DNA of 64,000 bases from a phage. How positions within the stretch are numbered: position 1 is the stretch's first letter; every line of letters starts with the position of its first letter. The position numbers and the translations under genes were made by a program. The DNA lies in sequence record PZ154896.1, one strand, 5' to 3'. The notes beneath the pieces are model-generated. The model ran no database searches. It saw only the letters and a program-made list of their open reading frames with translations, and was not told where the DNA came from. Below, in pieces: positions 42,792 to 55,058 of the stretch.

Positions 42792-45047
42792 TTAAAGCTT
42801 ACAAGCAGAACAATCTTCAGCTTTAGGTGTTTCTAATTCATAGTCATCTGTACCTGACCCATCACGAGTGTTATGATAGTAGAGGTTTTTTCCGCCAAAG
42901 TACCAGAAGTAAAGTAGATCGTCAAGCATTACTGACATTGGTACTTTACCTTTCTCAAATACTGCAGGGTCATAGTAAGTATTAGCAGAAGCAGATTGGC
43001 ACACCCATTTCAACATGATAGCAACTTGGGTCAAATAAGGTTTATTACCTTTCTTGGCAAGTTTCCACGCGTAGTCGTAAAGACTCATGTTATGTTCTAT
43101 ATTAGGAACAACCTGACGGAAGTTGCCTTCTTTAGATTCTTTAATACTTACTGGACCACGCGGGGGCTCAATCCCGTTTGTAGAGTTTGATACTTGGCTG
43201 CTTGACTCACAAGGCATGAGTGCAGACAACGTTGAGTTACGAATTCCGTGTTCTTTGAGTTCAGCTCGAAGTTCTTCCCAGTCACAGACGTAGTTCGGGG
43301 CTGCGATTTGGTCAATCTTTTTATTGTACCAGTCGATAGGTAATTCGCCTCTAGACCATTTAGTGTCTGAATAATACTCACAACATCCTTTTTCTTTGGC
43401 GAGTTTGATTGAAGCTTTGATAAGGCCATATTGCAATCTCTCAAACAATTCATGAGTCAAATCGTTAGCGTCTTCATATGAAGCAAAGTTAGAAGCTAAC
43501 CATGCGGCATAGTTCGTCACACCAACACCGAGGTTTCGACGCTTTTTAGCTTTTAAAGCTTCTGGAACCGGATAATCTTGATAGTCTAACAGGTTATCAA
43601 GTGCACGTACTTGTACTTCAGCAAGTTCATTAATTTTATCTTGGTCTTGCCAATCAAATTTATCTAATACAAAAGCAGATAATGTGCATAAACCAATTTC
43701 AGCATCAGGACCATTCACATCATTAGTTGGAATAGCGATTTCACAACATAAGTTACTCTGACGAATTGGAGCTTTTTCACGAATAAATGGAGTGTAGTTA
43801 TTCGTGTTATCAACAAACTGTGGATAAATTCGAGCAGTGCCAGAACGTTCAGTCATGAACAATTCAAAGAGTTCTAGTGCTTTGATTCTTTTCTTTCTGA
43901 TTGTTGGGTCTTTTTCAGCTTTCTCATAAAGCTCACGGAATTTATCTTGATCTTCAAAGAACGAGTAGTATAGTTCGCCTGACATTTCGTGAGGGCTAAA
44001 TAAAGTAATATAATCATTTTTACCAAGGCGTTCCATCATAAGGTCATTAATCTGAATTCCGTAGTCCATATGACGAATACGGTTTTCATCCACGCCTTTG
44101 TTATTTTTCAGAACTAATAGGTTCTCTACTTCTAAGTGCCACATCGGATAATACGCTGTAGCAGCACCACCACGAATACCACCTTGAGAACAAGATTTTA
44201 CTGCAGTTTGGAAATGTTTCCAGAATGGAATAACACCTGTATGTCGAACTTCACCCATACCGATCTTAGAACCTTCTGCACGAAGCATACCAACGTTGAT
44301 ACCGATACCAGCTCGTTTAGAAATATATTCAATAATTGATGCTGAAGTTTTGTTAATAGATTTTAACGAATCACCGGCTTCAATAACTACACAACTAGAG
44401 AACTGGCGAGTTGGAGTACGAGCACCTGCCATAATTGGAGTAGGCAATGAAACTTGATGAGTAGAAACGGCATCATAAAAACGAATAATATGTTTCAAAC
44501 GGTCATGAGTTTCGTCTTGATGTAAGGCCATACCAATAGCCATGATAGCAAACTGTGGAGTTTCATAAATCTTCCCAGTTGTTTTATCTTTAACTAGATA
44601 TTTTTCTTTAAGCTGCATAGCACCAGCATAAGTCAGGTCAAAGTCTCGTTCATGTTTAATCTGTGAATCGAGATAAATGATTTCTTCTGCTGAATATTGA
44701 GACAACAGCTCAGGGTCATATTTGCCTTCATTAACACAGTAAGAAATATGGTCGATAAAAGCAGGCGGTTCAAACTGTCCGTATACATCTTTACGAAGTG
44801 CAAACATTAGCCCTTTGGCGGCGACATACTGATAATCAGGTTCTTCGACAGAAATCGAGTTAGCTGCAACTTTAATACAAATCTTCTGAATATCTTTGGT
44901 GCTCATCCCGTCGACAAGATGGGGTTTAATTTCTTCGTACAATTCATATGGGTCAATTTGTGTTCCTTCACATTGCCAAGTTAAAACTTGAATAATTTTC
45001 TGTGCATCAAAATTTTGGGATACCCCACTGCTCTTAGTTACTTGCAT
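42792..45047 (-). CDS. nrdA: ribonucleotide reductase large subunit
   Basis: 751 aa; class Ia RNR alpha; synteny. Confidence 0.96.
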   Translation of the reverse strand: MQVTKSSGVSQNFDAQKIIQVLTWQCEGTQIDPYELYEEIKPHLVDGMSTKDIQKICIKVAANSISVEEPDYQYVAAKGLMFALRKDVYGQFEPPAFIDHISYCVNEGKYDPELLSQYSAEEIIYLDSQIKHERDFDLTYAGAMQLKEKYLVKDKTTGKIYETPQFAIMAIGMALHQDETHDRLKHIIRFYDAVSTHQVSLPTPIMAGARTPTRQFSSCVVIEAGDSLKSINKTSASIIEYISKRAGIGINVGMLRAEGSKIGMGEVRHTGVIPFWKHFQTAVKSCSQGGIRGGAATAYYPMWHLEVENLLVLKNNKGVDENRIRHMDYGIQINDLMMERLGKNDYITLFSPHEMSGELYYSFFEDQDKFRELYEKAEKDPTIRKKRIKALELFELFMTERSGTARIYPQFVDNTNNYTPFIREKAPIRQSNLCCEIAIPTNDVNGPDAEIGLCTLSAFVLDKFDWQDQDKINELAEVQVRALDNLLDYQDYPVPEALKAKKRRNLGVGVTNYAAWLASNFASYEDANDLTHELFERLQYGLIKASIKLAKEKGCCEYYSDTKWSRGELPIDWYNKKIDQIAAPNYVCDWEELRAELKEHGIRNSTLSALMPCESSSQVSNSTNGIEPPRGPVSIKESKEGNFRQVVPNIEHNMSLYDYAWKLAKKGNKPYLTQVAIMLKWVCQSASANTYYDPAVFEKGKVPMSVMLDDLLYFWYFGGKNLYYHNTRDGSGTDDYELETPKAEDCSACKL

Positions 45048-45135
45048 ATATTCCTCAGTATAGGTTGATAGACATTACTCCAAACGGGATAGTATTTATC
45101 CCGTTAATTTATTATACAACTTTTAAACTGAAGCG

Positions 45136-45390
45136 TTAATTATCCTCAGCAATAATTTCTTCGTATTCTTTAGGTGTCAAGACTGTGATATCGAAATAAA
45201 CCAACGGTTCTTTTTCTATACCGTAACCACCACAAAATTCACGATATTCATAAATTCGTTCGTGTGAATAACAAATGAATCGTTCACCTTTAATTGTGAT
45301 TTCACTATTCGGTGAAGGGATATCCAGTTCGGTAGGATTTTTCATTTCAAAAATTGTGGTGCCATATGAATTAATAAAACGTAAAATCAT
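45136..45390 (-). CDS. hypothetical protein between nrdA and td
   Basis: 84 aa ORF. Confidence 0.5.
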   Translation of the reverse strand: MILRFINSYGTTIFEMKNPTELDIPSPNSEITIKGERFICYSHERIYEYREFCGGYGIEKEPLVYFDITVLTPKEYEEIIAEDN

Positions 45391-45391
45391 T

Positions 45392-47077
<1,686 letters not shown>

Positions 47078-47079
47078 AA

Positions 47080-47343
47080 TTATTTCCTCAGATTTTTCTT
47101 AACAACTTTCCAATCAGCTTTAAACTGATCGACGTCAGAATGATAAATCCAGAATCCTGCACTTTCACCATCTTCGTAGAGTGGACATCCATCACATTCT
47201 TCGTTCCAACCCATTTCACGTAAAGCTTCTTCGGCTTGTTCAAGGAGTTCAGCGTCTTTACCAACTATGGTAAAGTACCATTTACCTCTAACTTCTGAAT
47301 CTTTGATGCTCTGGCGTTGCAATCTCATTTTATTCTCCTTCAC
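47080..47343 (-). CDS. hypothetical protein (frd.2 position)
   Basis: 87 aa ORF. Confidence 0.5.
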   Translation of the reverse strand: MKENKMRLQRQSIKDSEVRGKWYFTIVGKDAELLEQAEEALREMGWNEECDGCPLYEDGESAGFWIYHSDVDQFKADWKVVKKNLRK

Positions 47344-47391
47344 TTTTATTTGATAGGGGACTACTATAACATAGCCCTATCTTGTTATAAA

Positions 47392-47784
47392 CTACTTTTT
47401 AAAAGTTTTTTGCAAAAGTTTGATGATTTCGTCGACGTTGGTTTCATCTACGATACAATGTATTTTTGTTACACCTAAAGCTATACCTTTGTTGGTAGAT
47501 TGAGGCTTTACTAAATCTACCTCAGTAAAGTATTTGAACTCGTCAGGATAAATCTCAAAATAAGTTTCAATTTCACCAGCGGCAGAACATACAGTACCGT
47601 CTTCCATAGTTACACTTACTACGTTTGGCGTATCGTCATCATAATCAGGTTCCATTCCGTTTACAACAAAACTAGGCCCGTGGAGTTCAATCAATTTTAA
47701 CATCTTAGCGTTATTGTGTGGCGCTTCTTGAACAAAGTCGTCTTTAAACAAAGGGTTAATGATATAAGATTTTCCGATTTTCAT
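47392..47784 (-). CDS. hypothetical protein (frd.3 position)
   Basis: 130 aa; SD GAGGAAA; early promoter upstream. Confidence 0.55.
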   Translation of the reverse strand: MKIGKSYIINPLFKDDFVQEAPHNNAKMLKLIELHGPSFVVNGMEPDYDDDTPNVVSVTMEDGTVCSAAGEIETYFEIYPDEFKYFTEVDLVKPQSTNKGIALGVTKIHCIVDETNVDEIIKLLQKTFKK

Positions 47785-47813
47785 TTTGATTTCCTCATGT
47801 TGTTGATAGAACT

Positions 47814-47842
47814 ATAATATCACATCTATGGAAGAAGTAAAC
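47814..47842 (-). promoter_or_regulatory. early promoter (GTTTAC-N17-TATTAT)
   Basis: consensus elements between gene 32 terminator and 47392..47784 gene. Confidence 0.5.
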
Positions 47843-47873
47843 AACTTTTTTGACAATTTACAGATACTCAAAA

Positions 47874-47891
47874 GGGAGACCGAAGTCTCCC
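47874..47891 (-). terminator. tetraloop terminator after gene 32
   Basis: GGGAGAC-CGAA-GTCTCCC, identical to the element at 32790; UUUUG on - strand. Confidence 0.65.
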
Positions 47892-47897
47892 GATTTA

Positions 47898-48797
47898 TTA
47901 TAGACCAGCTAACAGGTCGTCGAGGTCGCCATCATCAGAGGATGAGGTACTCATGAAGTCGTCTTCAGTTTTTGCAGAACTAAAGGCTTCCATGTCTTTA
48001 TCAAAATCGTCGAGGTCAGAAGCAACTTTATCTGCAACAGAAGCTGCGGCAGCTGCTGCACCACCAAGAGCGGCAGTACCAAGAACTTGAGTAAATTTAG
48101 TATTCAATTCTTCAAACGATTTGAACTTATCTTTAGAAGTCATTTCAGAAAGGTCAACCATTTGTTCGAACAATTCTTTCTGGAAAGATTCATCATCAAT
48201 GTTTGGAATCGCAGATTGATTCAGGAATTTAGATTCGTCGTAGTTACTGAAACCAGAAACCTGTTTAACTTTCAGCACAAAGTTAGCACCTTCCCATGGG
48301 CAAGTTACATCAACAGGAGTTTCACCCATTTCAGTATCGACTGCAATCATTGCATTAATTTTGTCCCAAATCTTTTTACCAAAACGGTATTTGAATACTT
48401 TACCTTCATTATCTGGAGCTTGTGGGTCTTTAACAACCAGGATATTAGCCCAATAAGAAGTTTTACGTTTCAGTTGAGAATATTCTGTTTTGTTTGTATT
48501 GTACAGGTCATTTTTACTAATGTACTGACATACCGGACAAGAGTCATAATCACCATGTGTAGATGAACAGGTTTCAATATACCATTTACCATTTTTCTTG
48601 AACCCGTGGTTAACAAGAATTGCAAACGGAAGTGCGTCATCTGTTTTTGCCGGCAGGAAACGAATTACCGCTTGACCATTACCGGATGCATCGAGTTTCA
48701 GCTTCCATTCACCTTTATCTTCTGAAGAGAAACCTTTGTTACCATTCAGTTTAGCCATCTGAGCTGCGAGGTCTGCGGTACTTTTACGTTTAAACAT
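47898..48797 (-). CDS. 32: single-stranded DNA-binding protein
   Basis: 299 aa; zinc ligands (H..C..C..C region); acidic C-terminal tail; synteny. Confidence 0.95.
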   Translation of the reverse strand: MFKRKSTADLAAQMAKLNGNKGFSSEDKGEWKLKLDASGNGQAVIRFLPAKTDDALPFAILVNHGFKKNGKWYIETCSSTHGDYDSCPVCQYISKNDLYNTNKTEYSQLKRKTSYWANILVVKDPQAPDNEGKVFKYRFGKKIWDKINAMIAVDTEMGETPVDVTCPWEGANFVLKVKQVSGFSNYDESKFLNQSAIPNIDDESFQKELFEQMVDLSEMTSKDKFKSFEELNTKFTQVLGTAALGGAAAAAASVADKVASDLDDFDKDMEAFSSAKTEDDFMSTSSSDDGDLDDLLAGL

Positions 48798-48870
48798 TTT
48801 ATTTGCCTTTATTTAGATTAATTAAATTTTACAGTTGGTTGCTACGACACTTATACCTCGTAGCTGGTAT
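48798..48870 (-). promoter_or_regulatory. gene 32 mRNA leader: candidate translational operator
   Basis: hairpin GCTACG...CGTAGC followed by unstructured A/U-rich tract (AAAUUUAAUUAAUCUAAAUAAAGG) before AUG, the layout known for T4 gp32 autoregulation. Confidence 0.45.
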
Positions 48871-48874
48871 GATT

Positions 48875-48882
48875 TATTTATA
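48875..48882 (-). promoter_or_regulatory. late promoter TATAAATA (- strand) for gene 32
   Basis: exact motif on - strand about 80 nt before gene 32 ATG. Confidence 0.5.
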
Positions 48883-48911
48883 AAGTAATTTTAACACACA
48901 AGAAATAAAGC

Positions 48912-49565
48912 TTAATACTTACATGATTTGATTGTTTCTATGAACAATTTCTTAGCAGCATTTCCATCGATTTGAAGTATTTTTCGATATGCCTTTAATT
49001 TGGTAGAATAATTTTGCCAGACTAAGTTATCGGTGAGTTCGTCGTGCTTATCTATAATATTCAAAAATGAGTCCAACAATAAGAAAGTCTCAAATGAAAT
49101 TATATTGCTTTGTAGCAATTTGAATATGTAGCTCGACTGAACGTTGTTATTATAATCAAATATCTCTTGAAGCGCACTAACTTCAACTTTCTTACTGAAA
49201 TAGTAGATGTTACGTACATCTTCAGCAAACGTCTCTTTAGCTTGTTTGAGACGTCCAATATATTCCCTATAGAAAACTAATGCATCAGCGTCTGATATCT
49301 CACCAATCCATGCGTCTTGGTTAGCAACTAAGTTGCTTATGAATATCAAGGTGAGTTCCTTCAATTTATATTTCTCTGATAGTTTTTCAAAGAAATATTT
49401 ATCTCGGCGTTTTTGATACGCATTATCCGAAACACGCATGCACCAGTTATATTTGATTACGTCATACCGACCATTAAAATGTTGTTTGCACATCAAGTAT
49501 AGTTTGTATACCGATTTTCCGTTAATATAACGTTCTCCATCAGGAGGCATGCGTATTTTAATCAT
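48912..49565 (-). CDS. 59: helicase loader
   Basis: 217 aa as in T4 gp59. Confidence 0.9.
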   Translation of the reverse strand: MIKIRMPPDGERYINGKSVYKLYLMCKQHFNGRYDVIKYNWCMRVSDNAYQKRRDKYFFEKLSEKYKLKELTLIFISNLVANQDAWIGEISDADALVFYREYIGRLKQAKETFAEDVRNIYYFSKKVEVSALQEIFDYNNNVQSSYIFKLLQSNIISFETFLLLDSFLNIIDKHDELTDNLVWQNYSTKLKAYRKILQIDGNAAKKLFIETIKSCKY

Positions 49566-49900
49566 AATAAGAAATCTAACGTATTAGTTTTTTCACCACG
49601 AGCAACTGATGGGCGAAGCATGTTTTCGTCAATTGCTTCGCTTGTAATTTTTTCAACAATTCCTGTAGGAATAAATTTAGCAAATTGTGTTTCTGGAATA
49701 GAATTTTCTTCCAAGAAAGCAGTTGTTGCTTCTAAATAAGACATACCAAATTGTTCAACCATGGATTCGATAATAAATCCGTTTTCTTGTCGGTCAAGCA
49801 ATTTAGCGATATCATCTTTATCGTGTTTTACTGCTAATTCTTGTTCAGATAAACCGGCCTCATCAACCGGTTTAATATCACTTAGTGAAAACTGTGTCAT
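49562..49900 (-). CDS. 33: late transcription accessory protein
   Basis: 112 aa as in T4 gp33; synteny. Confidence 0.85.
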   Translation of the reverse strand: MTQFSLSDIKPVDEAGLSEQELAVKHDKDDIAKLLDRQENGFIIESMVEQFGMSYLEATTAFLEENSIPETQFAKFIPTGIVEKITSEAIDENMLRPSVARGEKTNTLDFLL

Positions 49901-50165
49901 AAAGCTCGACTACCTCTTCGTTTTCAGCTTCAAATTGGTCACGAGCGTCTTTATGATAAAGAGCTAACAAACGATTAAACATTTTTCCATCGACGCCAAG
50001 CTCTTCTTTAGCACGAGTACGAATGTCTTTAATCAGTTCATTATAACCAGAAATTTTAAGTTTGTTATCGGAAGCTTCCTTGACTAGTTTAGCCAGTTCT
50101 TCACCATGCACATCTTGATTAAATTCAACTGCTTCTTTCTTAGCCATGTTTACCTCAGAATTCAT
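49878..50165 (-). CDS. dsbA: dsDNA-binding protein
   Basis: 95 aa; synteny between 33 and rnh. Confidence 0.75.
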   Translation of the reverse strand: MNSEVNMAKKEAVEFNQDVHGEELAKLVKEASDNKLKISGYNELIKDIRTRAKEELGVDGKMFNRLLALYHKDARDQFEAENEEVVELYDTVFTK

Positions 50166-51072
50166 TAATTACACTTGTTAATTTAGAAAGACCAGATTTT
50201 ACAAAGTATGAATAAATCTTGCCTTTAGGTTGTGGTTTATATGAGTTATAATACTCTATAATGGTTGAAGCAATATTATCAGGGATATAATCAAAATCAA
50301 TGAGAACCAAATTTTCTTGATACCGTTTATATTCTTCTGCACTTAATAATACTTCAGCTTGAGAACGGTCATTAGCAATTGCTTCAATAATCGTTGTTTT
50401 CATGCTTGGAGTTCGTTCACCATCAACTCTGGTAAACCAGAAGTCGCCACGAACTCGAACCGATGCAACGCCGTCTTTACGGTCACCTTTAAGAATTTTA
50501 GTCATGCAATCAATTTCAGCAGAACCGTTCTTAATTTTAACCCATTTTTTCTGTGGTGGTGACCACTGTTTAACGTTAGGATATTTGTGTAATTGTGTAA
50601 AGTCACCATCTGATGCAACAATACATACCTTATGTCCAGCTAATGACAAATATTTAGTTAATACACCGATATGGTCATCCGCTTCATACTTGTCAATATC
50701 CATTACAACGTATGGCATGTATTTCTTAATCTCATCAACAACTTGACGGAGAGCAGTAAAATATCCTTCCCAATCCCACTTTGAAGCTTCACGATCGGTT
50801 TTACGATTTTTCTTGTAATAGTAAGCAAAGTCACGACGCCAATAACCTGAAGTAGCATTATCCATACACAATACAAATTTTGTATAACCTTGCTTACGGA
50901 ACATAACTACGTTTTTACGAATTGAATTCAAGATTACATGGCGAACCATCGGAACAGTAATTTTATCGCCGTCTTCAAAGTTGTTTAATGCGGCTGCTAA
51001 TGCAATGTTACTAAAGTCGGCAAGTGCAATACCTTCTTTGTAATCTTCATCCAACATCATTTCTAAATCCAT
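50155..51072 (-). CDS. rnh: RNase H / 5'-3' exonuclease
   Basis: 305 aa as in T4 RNase H; FEN-like acidic residues. Confidence 0.93.
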   Translation of the reverse strand: MDLEMMLDEDYKEGIALADFSNIALAAALNNFEDGDKITVPMVRHVILNSIRKNVVMFRKQGYTKFVLCMDNATSGYWRRDFAYYYKKNRKTDREASKWDWEGYFTALRQVVDEIKKYMPYVVMDIDKYEADDHIGVLTKYLSLAGHKVCIVASDGDFTQLHKYPNVKQWSPPQKKWVKIKNGSAEIDCMTKILKGDRKDGVASVRVRGDFWFTRVDGERTPSMKTTIIEAIANDRSQAEVLLSAEEYKRYQENLVLIDFDYIPDNIASTIIEYYNSYKPQPKGKIYSYFVKSGLSKLTSVINEF

Positions 51073-51103
51073 ATGAACCTCTGTTCAGTTAGTCAACTTG
51101 ACT

Positions 51104-51133
51104 ATAGTAACATACTCATTTGAAAGCGTAAAC
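51104..51133 (-). promoter_or_regulatory. early promoter (GTTTAC-N18-TACTAT) for rnh
   Basis: consensus elements on - strand. Confidence 0.5.
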
Positions 51134-51136
51134 TGG

Positions 51137-51144
51137 TATAAATA
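51137..51144 (+). promoter_or_regulatory. late promoter TATAAATA for gene 34
   Basis: exact motif about 30 nt before ATG; lies back-to-back with the rnh early promoter. Confidence 0.6.
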
Positions 51145-51174
51145 AGTATTATTGAAACAATAAAGGAAAAACGA

Positions 51175-54100
51175 ATGGCCGACATCAAACGTAAGTTCAG
51201 AGCCGAAGACGGTCTGGACGCCGGTGGCGACAAGATTGTTAACGTAGCATTAGCCGACCGTACAGTAGGTACTGATGGCGTAAACGTTGACTTCCTGGTA
51301 CAAGAAAACACCGTTCAAGTATATGATTCTACGCGCGGATATAACAAAGGATTTGTTGTTCTTTATGACAACCGTTTATATCAAGCAATAAATGATATCG
51401 TGTCTCCTTCCGGGGCATTTAACCTTTTACAATGGCGTGCAGTTCGTACTGATGCACAATGGATAACTGTCGCTTCCGGGACTTATCAACTTTCTTCAGG
51501 TGATTCTATTTCGGTTAACACTGGTGCCGGCAATGATATGGTTTTCACATTGCCAAATGCGCCGGTTGATGGTGATACTGTTGTTTTGGCTGATATTGGT
51601 GGAAGAACCGGGACAGTTAAAGTACAGATTAACGCGTCTGTGCAGAGTATTTTAAACTTTAGAGGTGAACAAGTTCGTACAGTTTTAATGACGCGCCCAC
51701 GTTCACAACTATTGTTTGTGTTTAGTAATCGTTTGTGGCAGATGTATATTACCGATTATGGTAAAGAATCAATCACTGTTACACCTGCGACACCATATCA
51801 AGCACAAGCAAATGATTTTATCGTTCGTCGTTTTACTAGTGCAGCACCAATCAACATTACACTTCCACGTAATGCTAACAATGGTGATATAATCAGCCTA
51901 ATCGATTTAGATAGATTAAACCCACTGTATCATACAATTGTTAAAACATTTGACGATACAACGTCTATTGGTGAAGTCGGGACTCATATTGCCGAAGGCA
52001 GAAATGACTCTGACGCGTTTTTTGTTTTTGATGCTGCAAATAGTTTATGGCGTATATGGGAAGGCGACCAGAAACCGCGTCTTCGTATTATCCGTGCGGA
52101 TTCAAATATTCGTCCAAATGAAGAAGTTCTTATTTTTGGCACAAATAACGCTACAACCGGAACTATTAATCTTACGCTACCTACCGGAATTTTGAGTGGT
52201 GACACTGTTAAAATTTCAATGAACTACATGCGTAAAGGCCAAACAGTAAAAATTAAAGCTGCCGAAGGTGATACAATTGCTTCTTCTGTTGCGTTGCTTC
52301 AGTTCCCTAAACGTTCTGAATATCCACCTGATGCTCAATGGGTCTCTGTTACTGAACTAGAATTCAATGGCACTACTTCATATGTTCCTGTATTAGAATT
52401 ATCGTATATCGAAGACACCGTTGCTGGTACACGTTATTGGGTTGTGCAACAGAATGTCCCTACGGTAGAACGTGTTGATGCTGGAACTGATGCTACACGA
52501 GCTCGTTTAGGTGTTATTGCTCTTGCTACTCAAGCGCAAGCAAATGTTGATTTAGAGAATACTCCAGCTAAAGAAGTTGCTATTACTCCTGAAACGTTGG
52601 CAAATCGTACAGCAACTGAAACTCGTCGTGGTATCGCCAAAATTGCTACAACAGCACAAGTTAACCAGAATTCCACAGCAACATTTGTGGATGATACTAT
52701 TGTTACGCCTAAAAAACTAAATGAGCGTACAGCAACTGAAACTCGTCGCGGTCTTGCTGAAATTGCTACTCAGGCTGAAACCGATGCTGGTCTTGATGAC
52801 ACAACGATTATTACGCCTAAGAAATTACAGGCACGTCAGGGTTCCGAAACACTATCGGGTATAGTTAAATATGTATCGACTACTTCTGCTACTCCTGCTG
52901 AAACTCGTGGGGCTGCAGGCACTAACGTTTATAATAAAACCGTAAATAATTTAACTATTTCTCCTAAAGCCCTTGACCAATATAAAGCAACTTATGCCCA
53001 ACAAGGTGCAGTAATTTTAGCTATTGATAGTGAAGTAATTGCTGGACAATCTCAGTCTGGATACTCTCATGCTGTAGTAACTCCTGAAACACTACATAAG
53101 AAAACTTCTACTGATGGACGTATTGGTTTAATTGAAATTGCTACGCAAGCAGAAACTAATGCTGGGACTGATTATACACGTGCAGTAACGCCTAAGACGT
53201 TAAATGATAGGAGAGCGACGGAAGGATTATCCGGCATAGCCGAAATTGCTACGCAAGTTGAATTTGATACTGGAACTGATGATACTCATATCTCGACTCC
53301 ACTGAAAATTAAAACTCATTTTGATTCTTCTGACCGTACCAGTGTTAATTCTGATTCCGGACTTATTGAAGAAGGAACCTTGTGGAACCATTATACTCTT
53401 GATATTTCTAAAGCAAATGAAACACAACGTGGTACACTTCGCGTAGCGACCCAGGCAGAATCTAATGCAGGAACTTTAGATGATGTTCTTATTACTCCTA
53501 AAAAGCTTTTAGGGACTAAGTCCACTGAAACGTCTGAAGGTGTAATTAAGGTTGCTACTCAGGCTGAAACTGTAACAGGAACGTCAGCAAATACTGCTGT
53601 ATCTCCAAAAAATTTAAAATGGATTGTACAGAGTGAACCTACTTGGGCTGCTACTACGGCGATAAGAGGTTTTGTTAAAACTTCATCTGGTTCTATTACA
53701 TTCGTTGGTAATGATACAGTCGGTTCTACACAGAACTTAGAGCTATACGAGAAAAATAGCTATGCAGTATCACCGTATGAATTAAACCGTGTATTAGCAA
53801 ATTACTTGCCATTAAAAGCAAAAGCTGCTGACGCAAATTTATTAGATGGCCTAGATTCATCTCAGTTCATTCGTAGGGACATTGCACAGACGGTTAATGG
53901 TTCACTAACCTTAACCCAACAAACGAATCTGAGTGCCCCTCTTGTATCATCTAGTACTGCTACGTTTGGTGGTTCGGTTTCGGCAAATAGTACATTAACT
54001 ATTTCTAACTCTGGAACAGCAACTCGTCTGATTTTTGAGAAAGGACCTCAAACTGGAACTAACCCAGCACAGACGATGACTATCAGAGTTTGGGGAAATC

Positions 54101-55050
54101 AGTTTGGTGGCGGTTCAGATACAACACGTTCTACTGTATTTGAAGTTGGTGATGAAACGTCTAATCACTTTTATTCTCAACGTAATAAAGCTGGGAATAT
54201 AACGTTTAGTATCAATGGTACTGTGATGCCGATAAATGTTAACGCTTCAGGTTCTTTGAACGCGAACGGCGTTGCAACATTTGGTAGTTCAGTTACTGCT
54301 AATGGTGAATTCATCAGCAAGTCCGCAAACGCATTTAGAGCTATTAGTGGTGATTACGGATTCCTTATTCGCAATGATGGCACTAATACCTATTTTTTGC
54401 TAACCCATCCAGGAGGCCAGACCGGCGGATTTAATGGATTACGTCCTTTGGCTATTAATAATGCATCTGGTCAAGTAACGATTGGTGAAAGCTTAATCAT
54501 TGCCAAAGGTGCTACTATAAATTCAGATGGTTTAACTGTTAACTCAAGAATTCGTTCTCAGGGTTCTAAAACTGCTGATTTATACACTCGTGCTCCTACT
54601 GCTGATACAGTCGGATTCTGGTCAATCGATATTAACGATTCAGCCACTTATAACCAATTCCCGGGTTATTTTAAAATGGTTGAAAAAACTAATGAAGTGA
54701 CTGGGCTTCCATATTTAGAACGTGGCGAAGAAGTTAAATCTCCTGGTACATTGACTCAGTTTGGTAATACACTTGATTCACTTTACCAAGATTGGATTAC
54801 TTATCCAACGACACCGGAAGCACGTACAACCCGTTGGACACGTACATGGCAGAAAACTAAAAATTCTTGGTCAAGTTTTGTTCAGGTATTTGATGGTGGA
54901 AACCCTCCTCAGCCATCTGATATTGGTGCTTTACCTTCTGATAATGCAACAATCGGAAACTTGACAATAAGGGATTTCTTAAGGATTGGTAATGTCCGCA
55001 TTATTCCAGACCCTGTGAATAAATCTGTTAAATTCGAGTGGATTGAATAA
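51175..55050 (+). CDS. 34: long tail fibre proximal subunit
   Basis: 1291 aa vs 1289 in T4; internal repeated ATETRRG..IAT..A motifs. Confidence 0.93.
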   Translation: MADIKRKFRAEDGLDAGGDKIVNVALADRTVGTDGVNVDFLVQENTVQVYDSTRGYNKGFVVLYDNRLYQAINDIVSPSGAFNLLQWRAVRTDAQWITVASGTYQLSSGDSISVNTGAGNDMVFTLPNAPVDGDTVVLADIGGRTGTVKVQINASVQSILNFRGEQVRTVLMTRPRSQLLFVFSNRLWQMYITDYGKESITVTPATPYQAQANDFIVRRFTSAAPINITLPRNANNGDIISLIDLDRLNPLYHTIVKTFDDTTSIGEVGTHIAEGRNDSDAFFVFDAANSLWRIWEGDQKPRLRIIRADSNIRPNEEVLIFGTNNATTGTINLTLPTGILSGDTVKISMNYMRKGQTVKIKAAEGDTIASSVALLQFPKRSEYPPDAQWVSVTELEFNGTTSYVPVLELSYIEDTVAGTRYWVVQQNVPTVERVDAGTDATRARLGVIALATQAQANVDLENTPAKEVAITPETLANRTATETRRGIAKIATTAQVNQNSTATFVDDTIVTPKKLNERTATETRRGLAEIATQAETDAGLDDTTIITPKKLQARQGSETLSGIVKYVSTTSATPAETRGAAGTNVYNKTVNNLTISPKALDQYKATYAQQGAVILAIDSEVIAGQSQSGYSHAVVTPETLHKKTSTDGRIGLIEIATQAETNAGTDYTRAVTPKTLNDRRATEGLSGIAEIATQVEFDTGTDDTHISTPLKIKTHFDSSDRTSVNSDSGLIEEGTLWNHYTLDISKANETQRGTLRVATQAESNAGTLDDVLITPKKLLGTKSTETSEGVIKVATQAETVTGTSANTAVSPKNLKWIVQSEPTWAATTAIRGFVKTSSGSITFVGNDTVGSTQNLELYEKNSYAVSPYELNRVLANYLPLKAKAADANLLDGLDSSQFIRRDIAQTVNGSLTLTQQTNLSAPLVSSSTATFGGSVSANSTLTISNSGTATRLIFEKGPQTGTNPAQTMTIRVWGNQFGGGSDTTRSTVFEVGDETSNHFYSQRNKAGNITFSINGTVMPINVNASGSLNANGVATFGSSVTANGEFISKSANAFRAISGDYGFLIRNDGTNTYFLLTHPGGQTGGFNGLRPLAINNASGQVTIGESLIIAKGATINSDGLTVNSRIRSQGSKTADLYTRAPTADTVGFWSIDINDSATYNQFPGYFKMVEKTNEVTGLPYLERGEEVKSPGTLTQFGNTLDSLYQDWITYPTTPEARTTRWTRTWQKTKNSWSSFVQVFDGGNPPQPSDIGALPSDNATIGNLTIRDFLRIGNVRIIPDPVNKSVKFEWIE

Positions 55051-55058
55051 GAGGTATT

